This document shows, in pieces, positions 1 through 12,751 of a DNA stretch of 64,000 nucleotides (the stretch's first letter is position 1; each line of letters opens with the position of its first letter). The stretch is from Podospora anserina (taxonomy: Eukaryota): NCBI GenBank assembly GCA_017654855.1, contig CM030336.1, positions 2,294,001 to 2,358,000 on the forward strand, in the 5' to 3' direction. Made by a program: the position numbers and the translations under genes. The notes below the pieces were generated by a model. The model was not told the DNA's origin. It saw only the letters and a program-made list of their open reading frames with translations, and searched no databases.

Positions 1-1103
1 CCATCTTGTTCCCATCCCAGCCAAGTGTTTCCCCCTCACCACCGCCCCCTCTTCAAAAACCGAAGGATATGGACTGCAGGTGGTCTGGCGCCCCTCGATA
101 GAAGCAGATCATACGAAGCACGCACCGCTAGCAACTATCGCCAAAACCCCTCCGGGAGTCGCTTCTCAACCTAGGCCCCACGCACTCGAGGAGAGCCAGG
201 CGAGGTGTCTGATCGCCCGCCTTTCGGATAATCGTCATCCGGATAACCCCTGGGCAACAAAACACACTCGAACTGAGCTTCTAGAAGTCACCGTTCTTTG
301 GATGGGGAAGAGGTGTTGCTCAGAGTAGGGCTTCTGACACCTGATCACCAACGCTCGACGTCCACTCCCGTGTCTTTGCTGGTGTGTGCGCCTGCGGTGC
401 ATCGTGGGTGCCTGTGTGTTGCGTCCGCACGTTCGGTTGCCCCACGACGCCGAGGGGGAAGCTCTGCTGCTGGCGAGGGGCGCGGTTCCCCCCCCCCCCG
501 TTGCTCTGTCTACCTACTTCTGGCAGCCGGGCCTGTACCTGAGCACCCGAGCGCAACACAGCGATCACCCGTATCGGATCTCCTGCCGCCACACACTTTC
601 GGCTTTCTTACTTTCTCGGGGAGTTTTGGTTGGTCTTTTGTCACACAGCTGCTAACATGGCAATTGTCGCCTCATGATTAGACAAAACCTTTAATCGATC
701 TCCCTACCACCACCATCACCTGCTTACTGGCACCTACGCCACGAACAAAGAACTTCCGACCTAACTTCACGAATTCTCTGTTTTGGCTACCCGTCCTTGC
801 GCGGGTAAAAAGTGACTCGTCACCTCAACTGCTGAAGAAATATCTGAGACAAGGTGTGTTCAGCTCTGTCTTCCGCGCTCCTATATGCAACAAGCTGACA
901 TGGCAGTAAATAGCAGTTTTGTTCTGCTCCGGCGATCGATATACAACTACATCTCCATTCGAGCCCCCTTCACCCTTGCCGAGAGAGCTGGTCTGTCATA
1001 CCACTGGGTTGCTCGCAAGGCCAGCGCCCCTTCCCACCACCCCTATCTCTGGGGAATCATACTCAAATCACTAGCTTCGCAAATCCACTCTCCCTAATCC
1101 AAC

Positions 1104-2358
<1,255 letters not shown>

Positions 2359-3259
2359 AAAAAAACCGTTTGTTGGAAGTGGCTTGCTTGTCTGAGCAAA
2401 GTGGGTTGGTTTGTATACCGTGGATTTTGACTGAGCAAGATCAAGGGTGGGATGGATAGGGATAAGCATAGGGCAGGATAACATCATGTGTGACAATTGT
2501 AGAAAAGGAGGGAAATATCTGGGATGTGAAATTTGGGGGGCAGGGTGGGGGGCTCCTATTTAAGTCTTTTTTTTTTCCACTATCCTCATATTGGGCGTAT
2601 TTGAGTAGTTGATGAGGGAAATACCTTTTGTGAAATGCTCGACTTGTGGGAAGTTGCTGATAATTTGCGATTGAACCTTGTTGCAATGTCGTCAGTTGCG
2701 CATGGGAATTGTGGAAATGAATGATACCTCCAGGTGGTATAGATATAAGCCCCATGGCACACACCGATGAAGGAACACGCCCACCCTGTCACTTTGTTCT
2801 GAAGTTTCTTGTCTTATCTCATTGCTTCCCTATCGTACTGTCCTGTTCTGCCCTTTAACAAAACCGTCGTGTCATGATTGAGTAGGAGGGTGGGTATCTC
2901 TGTCGTCCAATTCTTCCCATACTCCTTATTCTCTTGTTCTTATCATTTTCTTCAATGAATGCCCAAAATCAAATCCTCGAAACTGAAAACCCATTAAAAC
3001 AGCCACCATGCCTTTTCTCATAACCATGCTCGCCTGCTTGCCTGCCTGCTTGCTTTGTTTTGTACTGTATCATGTCTTCCACTTTGGCCAGGCAACGCCC
3101 CTTTTACTCCTATTCTCCCATCCAGACCAAATGCTTGTTCCCTAGTACAAACTCCCTTGCCAGAAACGGAAAAGAAATAAAACTCAAAAAAAAAAAAACC
3201 CGTGATCACTGAACAGTCAAAACCGCCGACGACATCCTCAACCTCGGGTCGGGAGCCAC

Positions 3260-4366
3260 CTAAGCCCCAATCACCCACAACTCCACCCCCAAAACCCCAA
3301 ACTTCTCCCCTTCATCACTCAGCGGCTCGTTGCCAAAAGTCTGGCACGTCGAGCTCACCCCCTTTTCCAGTCCGCTGTCCAGCCAGAGACCAAACCTCCC
3401 GTCGCCGGCGCCCACCGAGAGGAACTGTTGCCCGCAGAGCATGTAGTACTCGTTCACGCCGCTGTAAGGGAACGCCTTGAACCGGATGGAGTGCGCGTTC
3501 ACCTGGCCAGACGCGACGTTTTGCTCGGCCCTGATGGTGGTGCTCCTGCCCACGTCGGGGGTGTCTTCGCTGTCGATGAGTGACGGTGGTGGGGGCAGGG
3601 GTGCCTGAACCGAGGCCCTCCAGAGGAAGCACTCGCCTGTGCCAAAGTAATTGGGTGCGATGTGGGGGACGTCAGAGAGGTAGGCTCCAAAGATCTATTA
3701 CAGGCAGTTGTTAGTATAAGATGTTTTGGAGGAAAACGAGAGGGAAGAATAAAAACATACACCACCCTCAGTATCCCTCACAGCCAAAACAAACCCAACC
3801 CTCTTCCCCCGGTACCTATCACACTTGTCGTACAACGTCGCCAGACTCGACCCGTCTTGATCAAGACTGTACACCAGATTCCACTCGTCCACAATCGACA
3901 AGCGGGTAGGCACCAGATTCCGCACCTCCTCCGCAATCGCCGGGGTGAGCAACCTCGATTCTGTCCTCGTGCGAGCGCTAAAGCCGAGAAGCTGCAGAGG
4001 TTCTAATTGCGGCAGGCCCATGGGCGACGGCACCCTGTGGTGGAAATGCGGAGGGGTGTATATCCCGTCCACACTCTTGCCCAGATTCCTACCGTCGTCC
4101 TCGCCGTCTGGCTGGTAAGTGTGCGCGTGTCGGAGAGTTGGGGGACTGTTTTCCGTCGACAGGGAAGGAGAGGGTTCGGAAGTGAATCGCCGGAAGAGAC
4201 CGCCCCAGAGCAAGTTGGAGAAATACGATGAGCCGGCGGTTTCGGTGTGAGAAGTGGTGGGGGTGATGGCGCCGGGTGAAGAGGCCGGCGAGGAGTCCGG
4301 GTCGGGGGACTGGCGGGTGTTTAGGTTGTGAGTTTTCTGGGAGGAGGAGGAAGTGTAGAAGCTCAT
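3260..4366 (-). CDS. OXR1: Oxidation resistance protein 1 (TLDc domain); intron 3695-3760
   Basis: TLDc motifs WNLVYSLDQDGSSLATLY, IFGAYLS..P...YFGTGECFLW and FGLWLDSGLEKGVSSTCQTFGNEPLS are joined across one GTATGT..TAG intron. Confidence 0.92.
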
Positions 4367-5094
4367 GGCTGAACTATTTTTCTGGGCTAGGCGTTGTAAT
4401 GGTGTGGCTGGCTTGGTGGTGAGGGGTATCGACTTGCAGCAGCCGAACCGTTGACAGGGAAGAAGCAGCCAAACAGGACCCGTTGCAGCTATAGGTTCAG
4501 TGGGGATCAGCGAATCGTGCAGGTTGGCAGTAGATCCGAGATAGCCGTCGATAAGAAGACTGCAATGAGAAGCAGTCAATGGTGATGTTTCGGGCAGAAG
4601 TGGCGGTGGCCATGAATAGGCTAGAATTCTCGAGTGGTGATGATGTTGTACATTTGGGGGTTGCGAATGCTGATGACGAGGAGCAAAGAGCTTTGATACT
4701 GGAATGCATGATCGTCAGTGGATGGAGGGGCCTTGCTTCAAGATATGGACTGTGCTAGCGTATGCGGATAGCCAGCACAGCGAACACGTAACCGAAACAC
4801 AGCGGTACCTTGGCATTAGCCTCTGAGGTGGTACTTTAGGTAACCGTTAGGTAACTTTGCCTTCGGCGGAAGTACTGGTACCCAATCATGCAACAATCGA
4901 GTCGGCCAGCGGGGTTCATCGCCCGACATCTCGGCATCGTGAACCACTCGGGCCCTCACCAAGCCTCTCAGGGCAATGTTCTCGAACCGTCACCTGAGGC
5001 TTGGCCCGTCAGGTACCGTGTCTCGCAGCAGTTTTTTCTCTCTCACGTGAATTCAGATAGATTTTCAATATGTGAATCATGGTTGGTTGTAGTC

Positions 5095-6051
5095 CTACTC
5101 TAGAGTCCTATAGCTAGTGATGGCATTCCATACTCCTTCAGGACTGGGCTGTTCCGCCGACACTTCTGGTTCGTACCCAAAGCTGTGAATCAGATGATCC
5201 CGGGTGGTCGGTCCAATGGTAGCAATATACGTGCTTCGGTTTGGCTCCTTCGGTTTCGCCTTGCCACTGCTCTCGTCCAAGAGGTCCAATGCGCTGAGCA
5301 TGCTGTCACACCCACTAGGGGAGAAGACAACAACCCATCTCCGTGGCCGGTCAGCCGTGGTCTGGAGACGCTGTGAGAAGTCGTCCCTGAACGACTTCAT
5401 CTCTCCCGTGCCATAGATCACCACCTCGTCCAATTGCCACCCGGCCCCAGTCAAAACTTCGGGGATAGTGTCCCGCCTTTTGTCCCCGACAAGAAACAGC
5501 AAAGCAGGCACGGACTCCCGATCCTTATACCACGCCCGGTAGTGGTCAAGAATATACGGCGCTAAAGTCTCGCCATTGCCCGTATGCTCTCCGAAAACCT
5601 GCAAAGCTGGAACCTGAGGAACAGCCTTCAGAGCTCGGGTTGTGGCTGGGCCGACACTGTAGACGGGAATGTCCTGGAGAAACGGCCAGTTATCTTCACC
5701 TACAAGTTGCTCACCTTTAGCCACTCAGTCATTCACAAGCCTGTCGAGCTTCGAAGATGGACGAGTCTCACCTCTCCCTTCCTCGACAAGCTTAGTGAAA
5801 GCCTCGACAGCCCGCTGGGAAGTGAAAATCATGCCACCGTATTGTTTGCCCTCAGTCCTTCCTATTTGCTTGTTCTTGAGGATTCCGCGCACTTTGGCCA
5901 TGCCCTGGTCGTCGAATTGGTGCTCAAGCACAGGGACGAACTCGGGATCATATTCGGAGCCATTGCCGTCAGGGGTCGAGAACTTTTCCTCGTAATGGTC
6001 GCCAGCAGAAGACTTTGTCTTGAGCAGGTAGACGGGTATTTTTGGTGACAT
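5095..6051 (-). CDS. HEM4: Uroporphyrinogen-III synthase; intron 5700-5771
   Basis: Motifs IPVYLLKTKS, FVPVLEH, GMIFTSQRAVEAF, VYSVGPAT, LFLVGDKRRDTIP, VVFSPSG and IATIGPTT. A GTGAG..TAG intron removes the stop between the two ORFs. Confidence 0.93.
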
Positions 6052-6221
6052 GGTTGCTGAGAGCCAGGATGCTGAAGGGTGGTATGGCCTTTGCTTCTTC
6101 CCCGACCAACCGGTTGAGGAGAAAAGGGGACCTTTTTAAACTGGGATGGGATGAAATGCACAAGACATTGAAGCGGCATCCCGGGAGATGGCGGGGAGTG
6201 TGTCACTGCCCCACCAAAGCT

Positions 6222-6231
6222 TTATCGATAA
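6222..6231. promoter_or_regulatory. TTATCGATAA palindrome in the HEM4/ERV1 bidirectional promoter
   Basis: A perfect 10 bp palindrome roughly midway between divergent start codons. An identical copy lies at 34246-34255. Confidence 0.5.
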
Positions 6232-6430
6232 CATTTTTCGCGGGGACCCTGGCCCCTGTTCATCGCAACGCTCACAGGGGGTTCCGATCGCCTGGGAATA
6301 CATGATTGGAAATTTCCATGGTTGACGGCTGACAAATGAACAGTTTCTTGGTTGTCAAACATCACCAACGATTGTGGACTGTTTTAGTTATTGTACACAT
6401 ACACACACGTCTCTCAGCCTCAGACATATA

Positions 6431-7038
6431 ATGGCAAACGATACCCAAGACCGAGATGAGCAGGCCACTACAGCCGCGGCCGCTAACACAAGCCAGCCTC
6501 TCCCCAAGGGTGTAGTCTTGGGCAAGGATGGCAAACCGTAAGCATATCTTCTCACCAACCTTGCATTTCCACCTTATTAACACCTCACAGTTGCCGTTCT
6601 TGCACTGCCGGTGCCGACTTCGCAGCTTGGACTAGCCAGGCCAAAACAATGACGGCCCTCTCCACTGGCAAACCTGTTCCCGCTGTCAAGAAACGGACAG
6701 ACTGCCCTCCAGACGTTGTAGCTCTCGGCCGGTCATCATGGACCCTCCTCCACTCCATCGCGGCCACCTACCCCGAGAAACCAACCCCTTCCGAGCAGTC
6801 CGATGTCATCTCTTTTATGAAGTTGTTCTCAAAGCTGTACCCTTGCTGGGTGTGCGCCGAAGATTTCCAAGAGTACATCGAGCGGAAGCAAATCAAAGCT
6901 GGAAGCAGGGATGAGTTTGGAAACTGGCTGTGTGAGGCGCATAACGGTGTGAACAAGAAGCTGGGGAAGAAGACCTTTGACTGCAGTAGGTGGTTGGAGA
7001 GGTGGAGAGATGGGTGGAAGGACGGGAGTTGTGATTGA
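6431..7038 (+). CDS. ERV1: Mitochondrial FAD-linked sulfhydryl oxidase Erv1/ALR; intron 6538-6590
   Basis: The spliced N-terminus GVVLGKDGKPCRSC carries the shuttle CxxC. Also CPPDVVALGRSSWTLLH, the YPCWVCAEDF redox CxxC, WLCEAHNGVNKKLGK and a C-terminal W..GSCD. Confidence 0.95.
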
Positions 7039-7737
7039 GGGGATGGATGATCGCGATGTGGGGGATGTCAACAAGCATCTGCGGATTGCGATTACAGGCG
7101 TTCAGACGGATTGGAGGATGCGTTAAATCGGCGTTATGTTTTTGGTGGTGATATTCTTTGATGTTTTTTGCCATACGGTTGGTCAGGGGCGGCTCATCTC
7201 TTCTCACTTGGCTAAATACCCAGCGCATATAGAAGTCATTCTCGACCTATACTATTCAAGCTCTCTCTTATACACCATAGCACCACTCCCTCCATCTTCG
7301 AATTTCAATCTCATCCAACATGTATCGGCCGATCTGTGCCCCTGAAGAAGCCATTACGGGAACCGGGGCTCTCACATGCCGGAATCGGTCCGGCCCACTT
7401 TCCACAATTCCATGACATCACCCCTCGATAATGAGAGTCAATGAGCAATGGCTTAGCCCTAGACCAACGGCCGCCATGATCTTGTCCCCGCGGCCATGCT
7501 GTCATTTCTGCGCATTCTTTACCATTTCACAACATCCCAGCGTGACAAAGGTGGTCTGATATTGTTGCTAGCGATCAGCTAAGCTGCTCACTATCTCATT
7601 GCGAACTGGTCAAGACCAGGCACTGATCTATTACTTGAGCCAGGGAGAGTGCCACGAGCTGCCGCTTTTTCCTTTTCAATTGACTGAGCTCAGTGTTTTA
7701 AGCCCTTAATTCTTCTGGACAGCCAAATATCCCGAAA

Positions 7738-9586
7738 ATGGCCATCGACATTAGAACACAAGGCTTGAAGAAGCCCGTCCCGGTGGCCCAATACTTGTTT
7801 GCCAGATTGTATGAAATCGGCATCAGATCAGTCCATGGGTTACCAGGTGACTTCAACTTGGTGGCACTGGATTACATCCCCAAGGCCAAATTGAAGTGGG
7901 TTGGCAGTGTCAATGAGCTCAACGCTGGTATGTGTTCCCCGATCCCCCAGAGAAACAGAGAAAAGAAGAATAGCTCACCACATCCTAGCATACGCCGCCG
8001 ATGGCTACGCCCGAGCGTTGGGCATCTCAGCTCTTGTCACTACCTTCGGTGTAGGCGAGCTGTCCGCCATGAACGGCGTTGCCGGTGCCTACTCTGAGCA
8101 CGTGCCTGTCGTACACATCGTCGGCTGCCCGTCAACCATCTCTCAGCGGAATGGCATGCTGCTGCATCACACTCTTGGAAATGGCGACTTCAACGTCTTT
8201 GCCAACATGGGCTCTCAAATTGCCTGCAACACTGCCCGCTTGAACAACCCAGCCGAGATCGCCGAGCAGATTGATTTTGCCCTGCGTGAATGCTGGATTC
8301 ACAGCCGCCCGGTATACATCATGCTGCCCACTGATATGGTCGAGAAGCAAATCGAGGGCGCTCGTCTCGACACTCCTATTGACCTCTCGGACCCCCCGAA
8401 TGAGCCCGAGAGGGAGGACTACGTTGTGGATGTTGTTCTGAGATACCTGCACGCAGCGAAGAACCCCATCATTCTCGTCGATGCATGTGCTATCCGGCAT
8501 CGATGCTTGGAAGAGGTGCGGAATCTGGTTGACAAGGCAAAGCTCCCTGTCTTTGTCACGCCGATGGGCAAGGGCGCCGTTAACGAGTCTTCGCCTACAT
8601 ACGGTGGTGTGTATGCGGGTACGGGGTCTCAGCCTGCTGTGCAGGAACTGGTGGAATCGGCGGATCTGGTCTTGTCGATTGGTGCTTTGAAAAGTGATTT
8701 CAACACGACGGGTTTCTCGTACCGCACATCTCAACTCAATACCATCGACTTCCACAGCGATCACTGCAAGGTTAGGTACTCGGAGTATCCTGGTGTTGCG
8801 ATGAAAGGAGTTCTTCGCAAGCTGATTGAGCGTGTCGACACCACAAAGCTTTCTAGTGAGAAGCTTGCCCCGAAGGTGGTCAACGAGGTCTCTGAAAATC
8901 GGGACAGCACCGAGACCATTACGCAAGCTTGGTTTTGGCCTCGCGTGGGGGAATACTTCAAGGAGAAGGATCTGGTAGTCACTGAGACAGGCACATCCAA
9001 CTTTGGTATTTGGGAGAGCAAGTTTCCTCCTGATGTGGTTGGGATCACGCAGATCCTCTGGGGAAGCATTGGTTGGTCTGTGGGTGCTGCTCAGGGAGTT
9101 GCACAGGCTGTTAAGGACATGGGAGAAGACCGTCGCACAATTCTGTTTGTTGGAGATGGGTCGTTCCAGCTCACTGTCCAGGAAGTGTCAACCATGATCA
9201 AGCATAAGCTGAGAGTCACAATGTAAGTTTATTCACGACTTGGAGGGCTTGTTGGTTGGATTCCTGCTAACAAATTCGCAAGCTTCCTAATCTACAACGA
9301 AGGGTTCACCATTGAGCGGTGTATCCACGGCATGGAAGCTGAGTACAACGATATCAGGCGGTGGAACTACACTGAAATTCCGACAGTGTTTGGCGCAACT
9401 GACAAGGAAGTTCGGAAGCACATCATCAAGACCAAGAGCGAGCTTGAAAAGTTGTTGGCGGACAAGGACTTCAACGATGCAAAGGGCCTGCAGCTTGTCG
9501 AGCTGTGGATGCCCAAGCACGATGCGCCGCGAGCATTGAAGCTTACAGCTGAGCAGTCAGCAAAGAACAATGCCCGGATGGAGTGA
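7738..9586 (+). CDS. pdcA: Pyruvate decarboxylase (TPP-dependent 2-oxo-acid decarboxylase); introns 7928-7988 and 9223-9282
   Basis: Motifs [54 protein letters not shown] and the TPP-binding GDGSFQLT...NEGFTIER. Confidence 0.93.
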
Positions 9587-10047
9587 TGGATAGTTGTGCC
9601 TGTGTGCAGCCAAACTTGGATAAAATAAGTAAATATCCAATTGTAGCTCTTCCTCGGACCTTCCATATTGCCCCGTATCATGCCTTGAGCTTTTGTTTGG
9701 ACCTCCAGAAAAGGGGATAAATAGGGGTAAACACGTGACCAAACCTAAATCTCAGACCTCGCTTTTGGTGTCACTGGCAACGTCCGACTTTCTTTCCATT
9801 AATTGAGAGCGACAACCATCGAAAATTCACATCACCCAACTTTTAACCTCAGCTTTCCAATTCCCATTTCCAACCTTGACGCACCTTTTTTTTCAGCATC
9901 ATCCTAGCGACTCTCTTTGGTCAGAGTTTACTCATCCGCCAAGCCCTTCTAACCCTCACCAAGCAGCAGTCGACGAAAAGAAAAACCTGCTTCTCATTCT
10001 GCATCAACCCGGAAAGCAGACAAAACAGAGGCTTCACCTACGAAAAA

Positions 10048-11440
10048 ATGACGGGAAGCGGCAAGAGAAAAGACGCGCCAACTGGCGGTGGCGGGGCGCA
10101 GCAAGCTAAGAAGAAAAAGGTATGCGGAAACGAATTGTTTACGTCTTTGAGGGTTTTCGCTCGCTCGCGTACTCGTACCCACTATGCGTGAGAGAAAGTC
10201 CAGACCTTTGAGCACGTGTTTGTTTGTTTGTTTGTTCAGTTCCAAAACACTGCAGTACACATTGCATACATGTACTCTTTTATGGTGTACTTTTCGCTCA
10301 CTTGTCATTTGCAACCAAGAATGAGTGTGTATGTAGCGAAAAGCTAACCTATCCGGTATAAAACAGGCGGGAGGCAATGCAGGAAAGTGGAAGACGCCGC
10401 ATCATATGGCCAAGGCGGCCAACAATCAAGAATCGAGCCTCCAGGCAGGAGAACCGGGCATTTGGGTGACATGTGCCCGGCACCAGGAATCCAAGGCGGC
10501 GAGGGAGATCGGGGTGTTGTTTGCCGAGGTTGGTGTTACACATTCCCGGGTTGTTGCTGGTGTGGTGGCTGGAAAGAGCGAATACTTACCGCGGACTACG
10601 CACAGTATGCAGACAAGATGTATGGCATCAAGGGGGTCCATGACGCCGAGAAGAAGGAAGGCGAGGAGGACGAGGATGAAGACGACATTGAAGCCGCCAT
10701 CAAGAAGGAAGTGGAAGCGTTGAATGCCAACAGAAAAGGCACCGATGGTGGACACAACATGACGCCCCTCAAGATGAACGTCGACTGCTTGATGTTTGTC
10801 AAGACGAAGCCACCGATCGACCCGGTGGCATTTGTGAGACGCATCGTGGAGGATGCAAAGTCTGCTAAGGAGACCGGCCAGATGAAGTGTCGCTATGTGA
10901 ACCGGCTGACCCCGGTAAGCGTCACGGGGAAGGCCACGGAACAGGGCCTGGAAGGGGTGGCCAGGGAGGCACTCGCTCCTTTCTTCGACCTGACTGGAAA
11001 GAAGACAGATGTTGACCAATTCACGGAGGCCGCGGCGAAGCCAGCAGCGGAAACCGAGGCCGGAAGCGAGAAGGCGTCAAATGAGAATGCCCAACCAGCC
11101 GAGAAGGGATTCACTGTGAGTTGTTTTGTTATGCATGCTATCGTCGGGTCCTGATGCTGATTGATACGTTCTCTACGGATAGTTCGCCATCCGACCCAGC
11201 GTGCGGAACAATAGCTCGCTAAAGAGAGATATTGTGATCAATACCATTGCTGGGCTTATCAATAACGAGCGCCACAAAGTGAACCTGACGTCTCCGGACA
11301 AGGTTATCTTGGTGGACGTGTACCAGAAAGTATGCGGCGTCAGCGTCGTTGACGGCGACTGGGAAGAGTTCAAGCGGTACAACTTGACAGAGCTGTATGG
11401 GCAGGGCCAGGGAAGCAAGGAAAAGAAGGAGAAAGAGTAG
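10048..11440 (+). CDS. TAN1: THUMP-domain tRNA acetylation adaptor (Tan1/THUMPD1); introns 10120-10366, 10529-10605, 11116-11182
   Basis: Motifs GIWVTC...E, EDDIEAAIKKEVEAL, CRYVNRLTPV, FAIRPSVRNN...R..VI, HKVNLTSPDKVILVDVYQKVCGVSVV...KRYNL. Canonical introns join the pieces. Confidence 0.88.
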
Positions 11441-11774
11441 GGGATGGCAAACATGGAATTGTGCATCTTTCACCATCCAATGTCCCGTCGATGGTTGGAG
11501 GAGGTCCGAGATGCAGATGTCAGAGGGCGGCGCTAAGCCCTATTCAAGATAATTTTGACGAGCCGGGCAGCAGTCCCGTGCAGAATGCACCCCTACCTGG
11601 CACCCCGGGCACCCTAACAGCATTGAAGCCAGACCGCTATACGGCCCGTGACCCCCCGCGGCTCATCCCAAGCGTCCCAAAACAGCGGAACAGCTTGAAT
11701 AGCCGCCTTCCAGGTCCAACGTTGCTTTGTCCGGTTGTTGACGTTACATAAGGTCAGAAAAAGAAACAACGGTA

Positions 11775-12751
11775 CTTGAGGGTCTCGGTAGGTGTGGGGC
11801 TCAAAGATTTTCGCTAGACCCTCCACTACGTATAGGGTAAAAAAACTCTACAACGATAAAAATTATAAGACAAACGCAGACGCGTAAAATGCCAACACCG
11901 TTATTTTACTACTTAACTTAATAAATTTTATATTACTATAATTTTATAAAGTCTTATTATATTTATTATAAATTAACCTAGGCTGTTATAACAAACCCTT
12001 ATCTAAAACTTCTAAAAGAAATACTAGTTAAAGGCACTTCTAAACAATCCTAGTTCGGTACAGCTAAACAATGTATAATAATTAACTTATTTCGATTACA
12101 ATAGCTAAAATACCAACGATTATAATTTAAATTATATATTGCGGAACTATTTATTTATATTAGCTAGTTCCTCCGTATATATAGACCTAAGGACCGTAGA
12201 TCGTTAACTTCCAGACAGTCCTTTGTCCTTTTTTTATTAGCTGATACTAGACCGTGGACCGTGGACCATGGACTGTAGACCGTGAACCCCGCCGCGGTCC
12301 CCGGTCCCAATCTCATTGGTCCATCCTGTCCACCTAGACCGTGAGCCCCGCTTAACTGCCCGGTCCAGTCCTGATTAGTTCTTTGCATCTCCAGCTTCTC
12401 CCAGAACTATGACAGCTTTGCAAGCACTGTTGGAATTTCCTTTTTTTTTTTTTTTTTTAGCTTACAATTCAATCAATTAATATGGTATAACTGTTACCTT
12501 GTCTCAGAACTTAGCTATCAAGCCGTGAAAATTATATTAATATTTATCATTAATAAAATATAAAACTTGATAATATCTTTAAAATTATTAAGTTTTATGT
12601 AGTATAGGTATTTAATATAAGATATAAGCTTATCAATAAACTAGGTGAGGTTTTGTCTTATAACATTTTATTATCCTATAGGTTTTTTACTCTCTACGAA
12701 GTGGGGTTTCTAGTAAAAATCCTTAAGCTCCACACCACCAAGACCCTCATG
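11775..12751. mobile_element. Non-autonomous DNA transposon / MITE relic (TA-flanked, Tc1-mariner-like) with RIP-like degeneration
   Basis: About 100 bp imperfect terminal inverted repeats: the left arm 11775-11875 (cttgagggtctcggtaggtgtggggctcaaagattttcgctag...ttataagacaaac) matches the reverse complement of 12650-12751 (catgagggtcttggtggtgtggagcttaaggatttttactag...ttataagacaaaac). TA flanks both ends (11773-11774, 12752-12753). The interior is AT/TpA-rich with no transposase ORF. Confidence 0.85.

Noticed and set aside
5725..5727. In-frame TGA between the two HEM4 ORFs as readthrough or selenocysteine
   Set aside because: The stop lies inside a canonical 72 nt intron (5700-5771).
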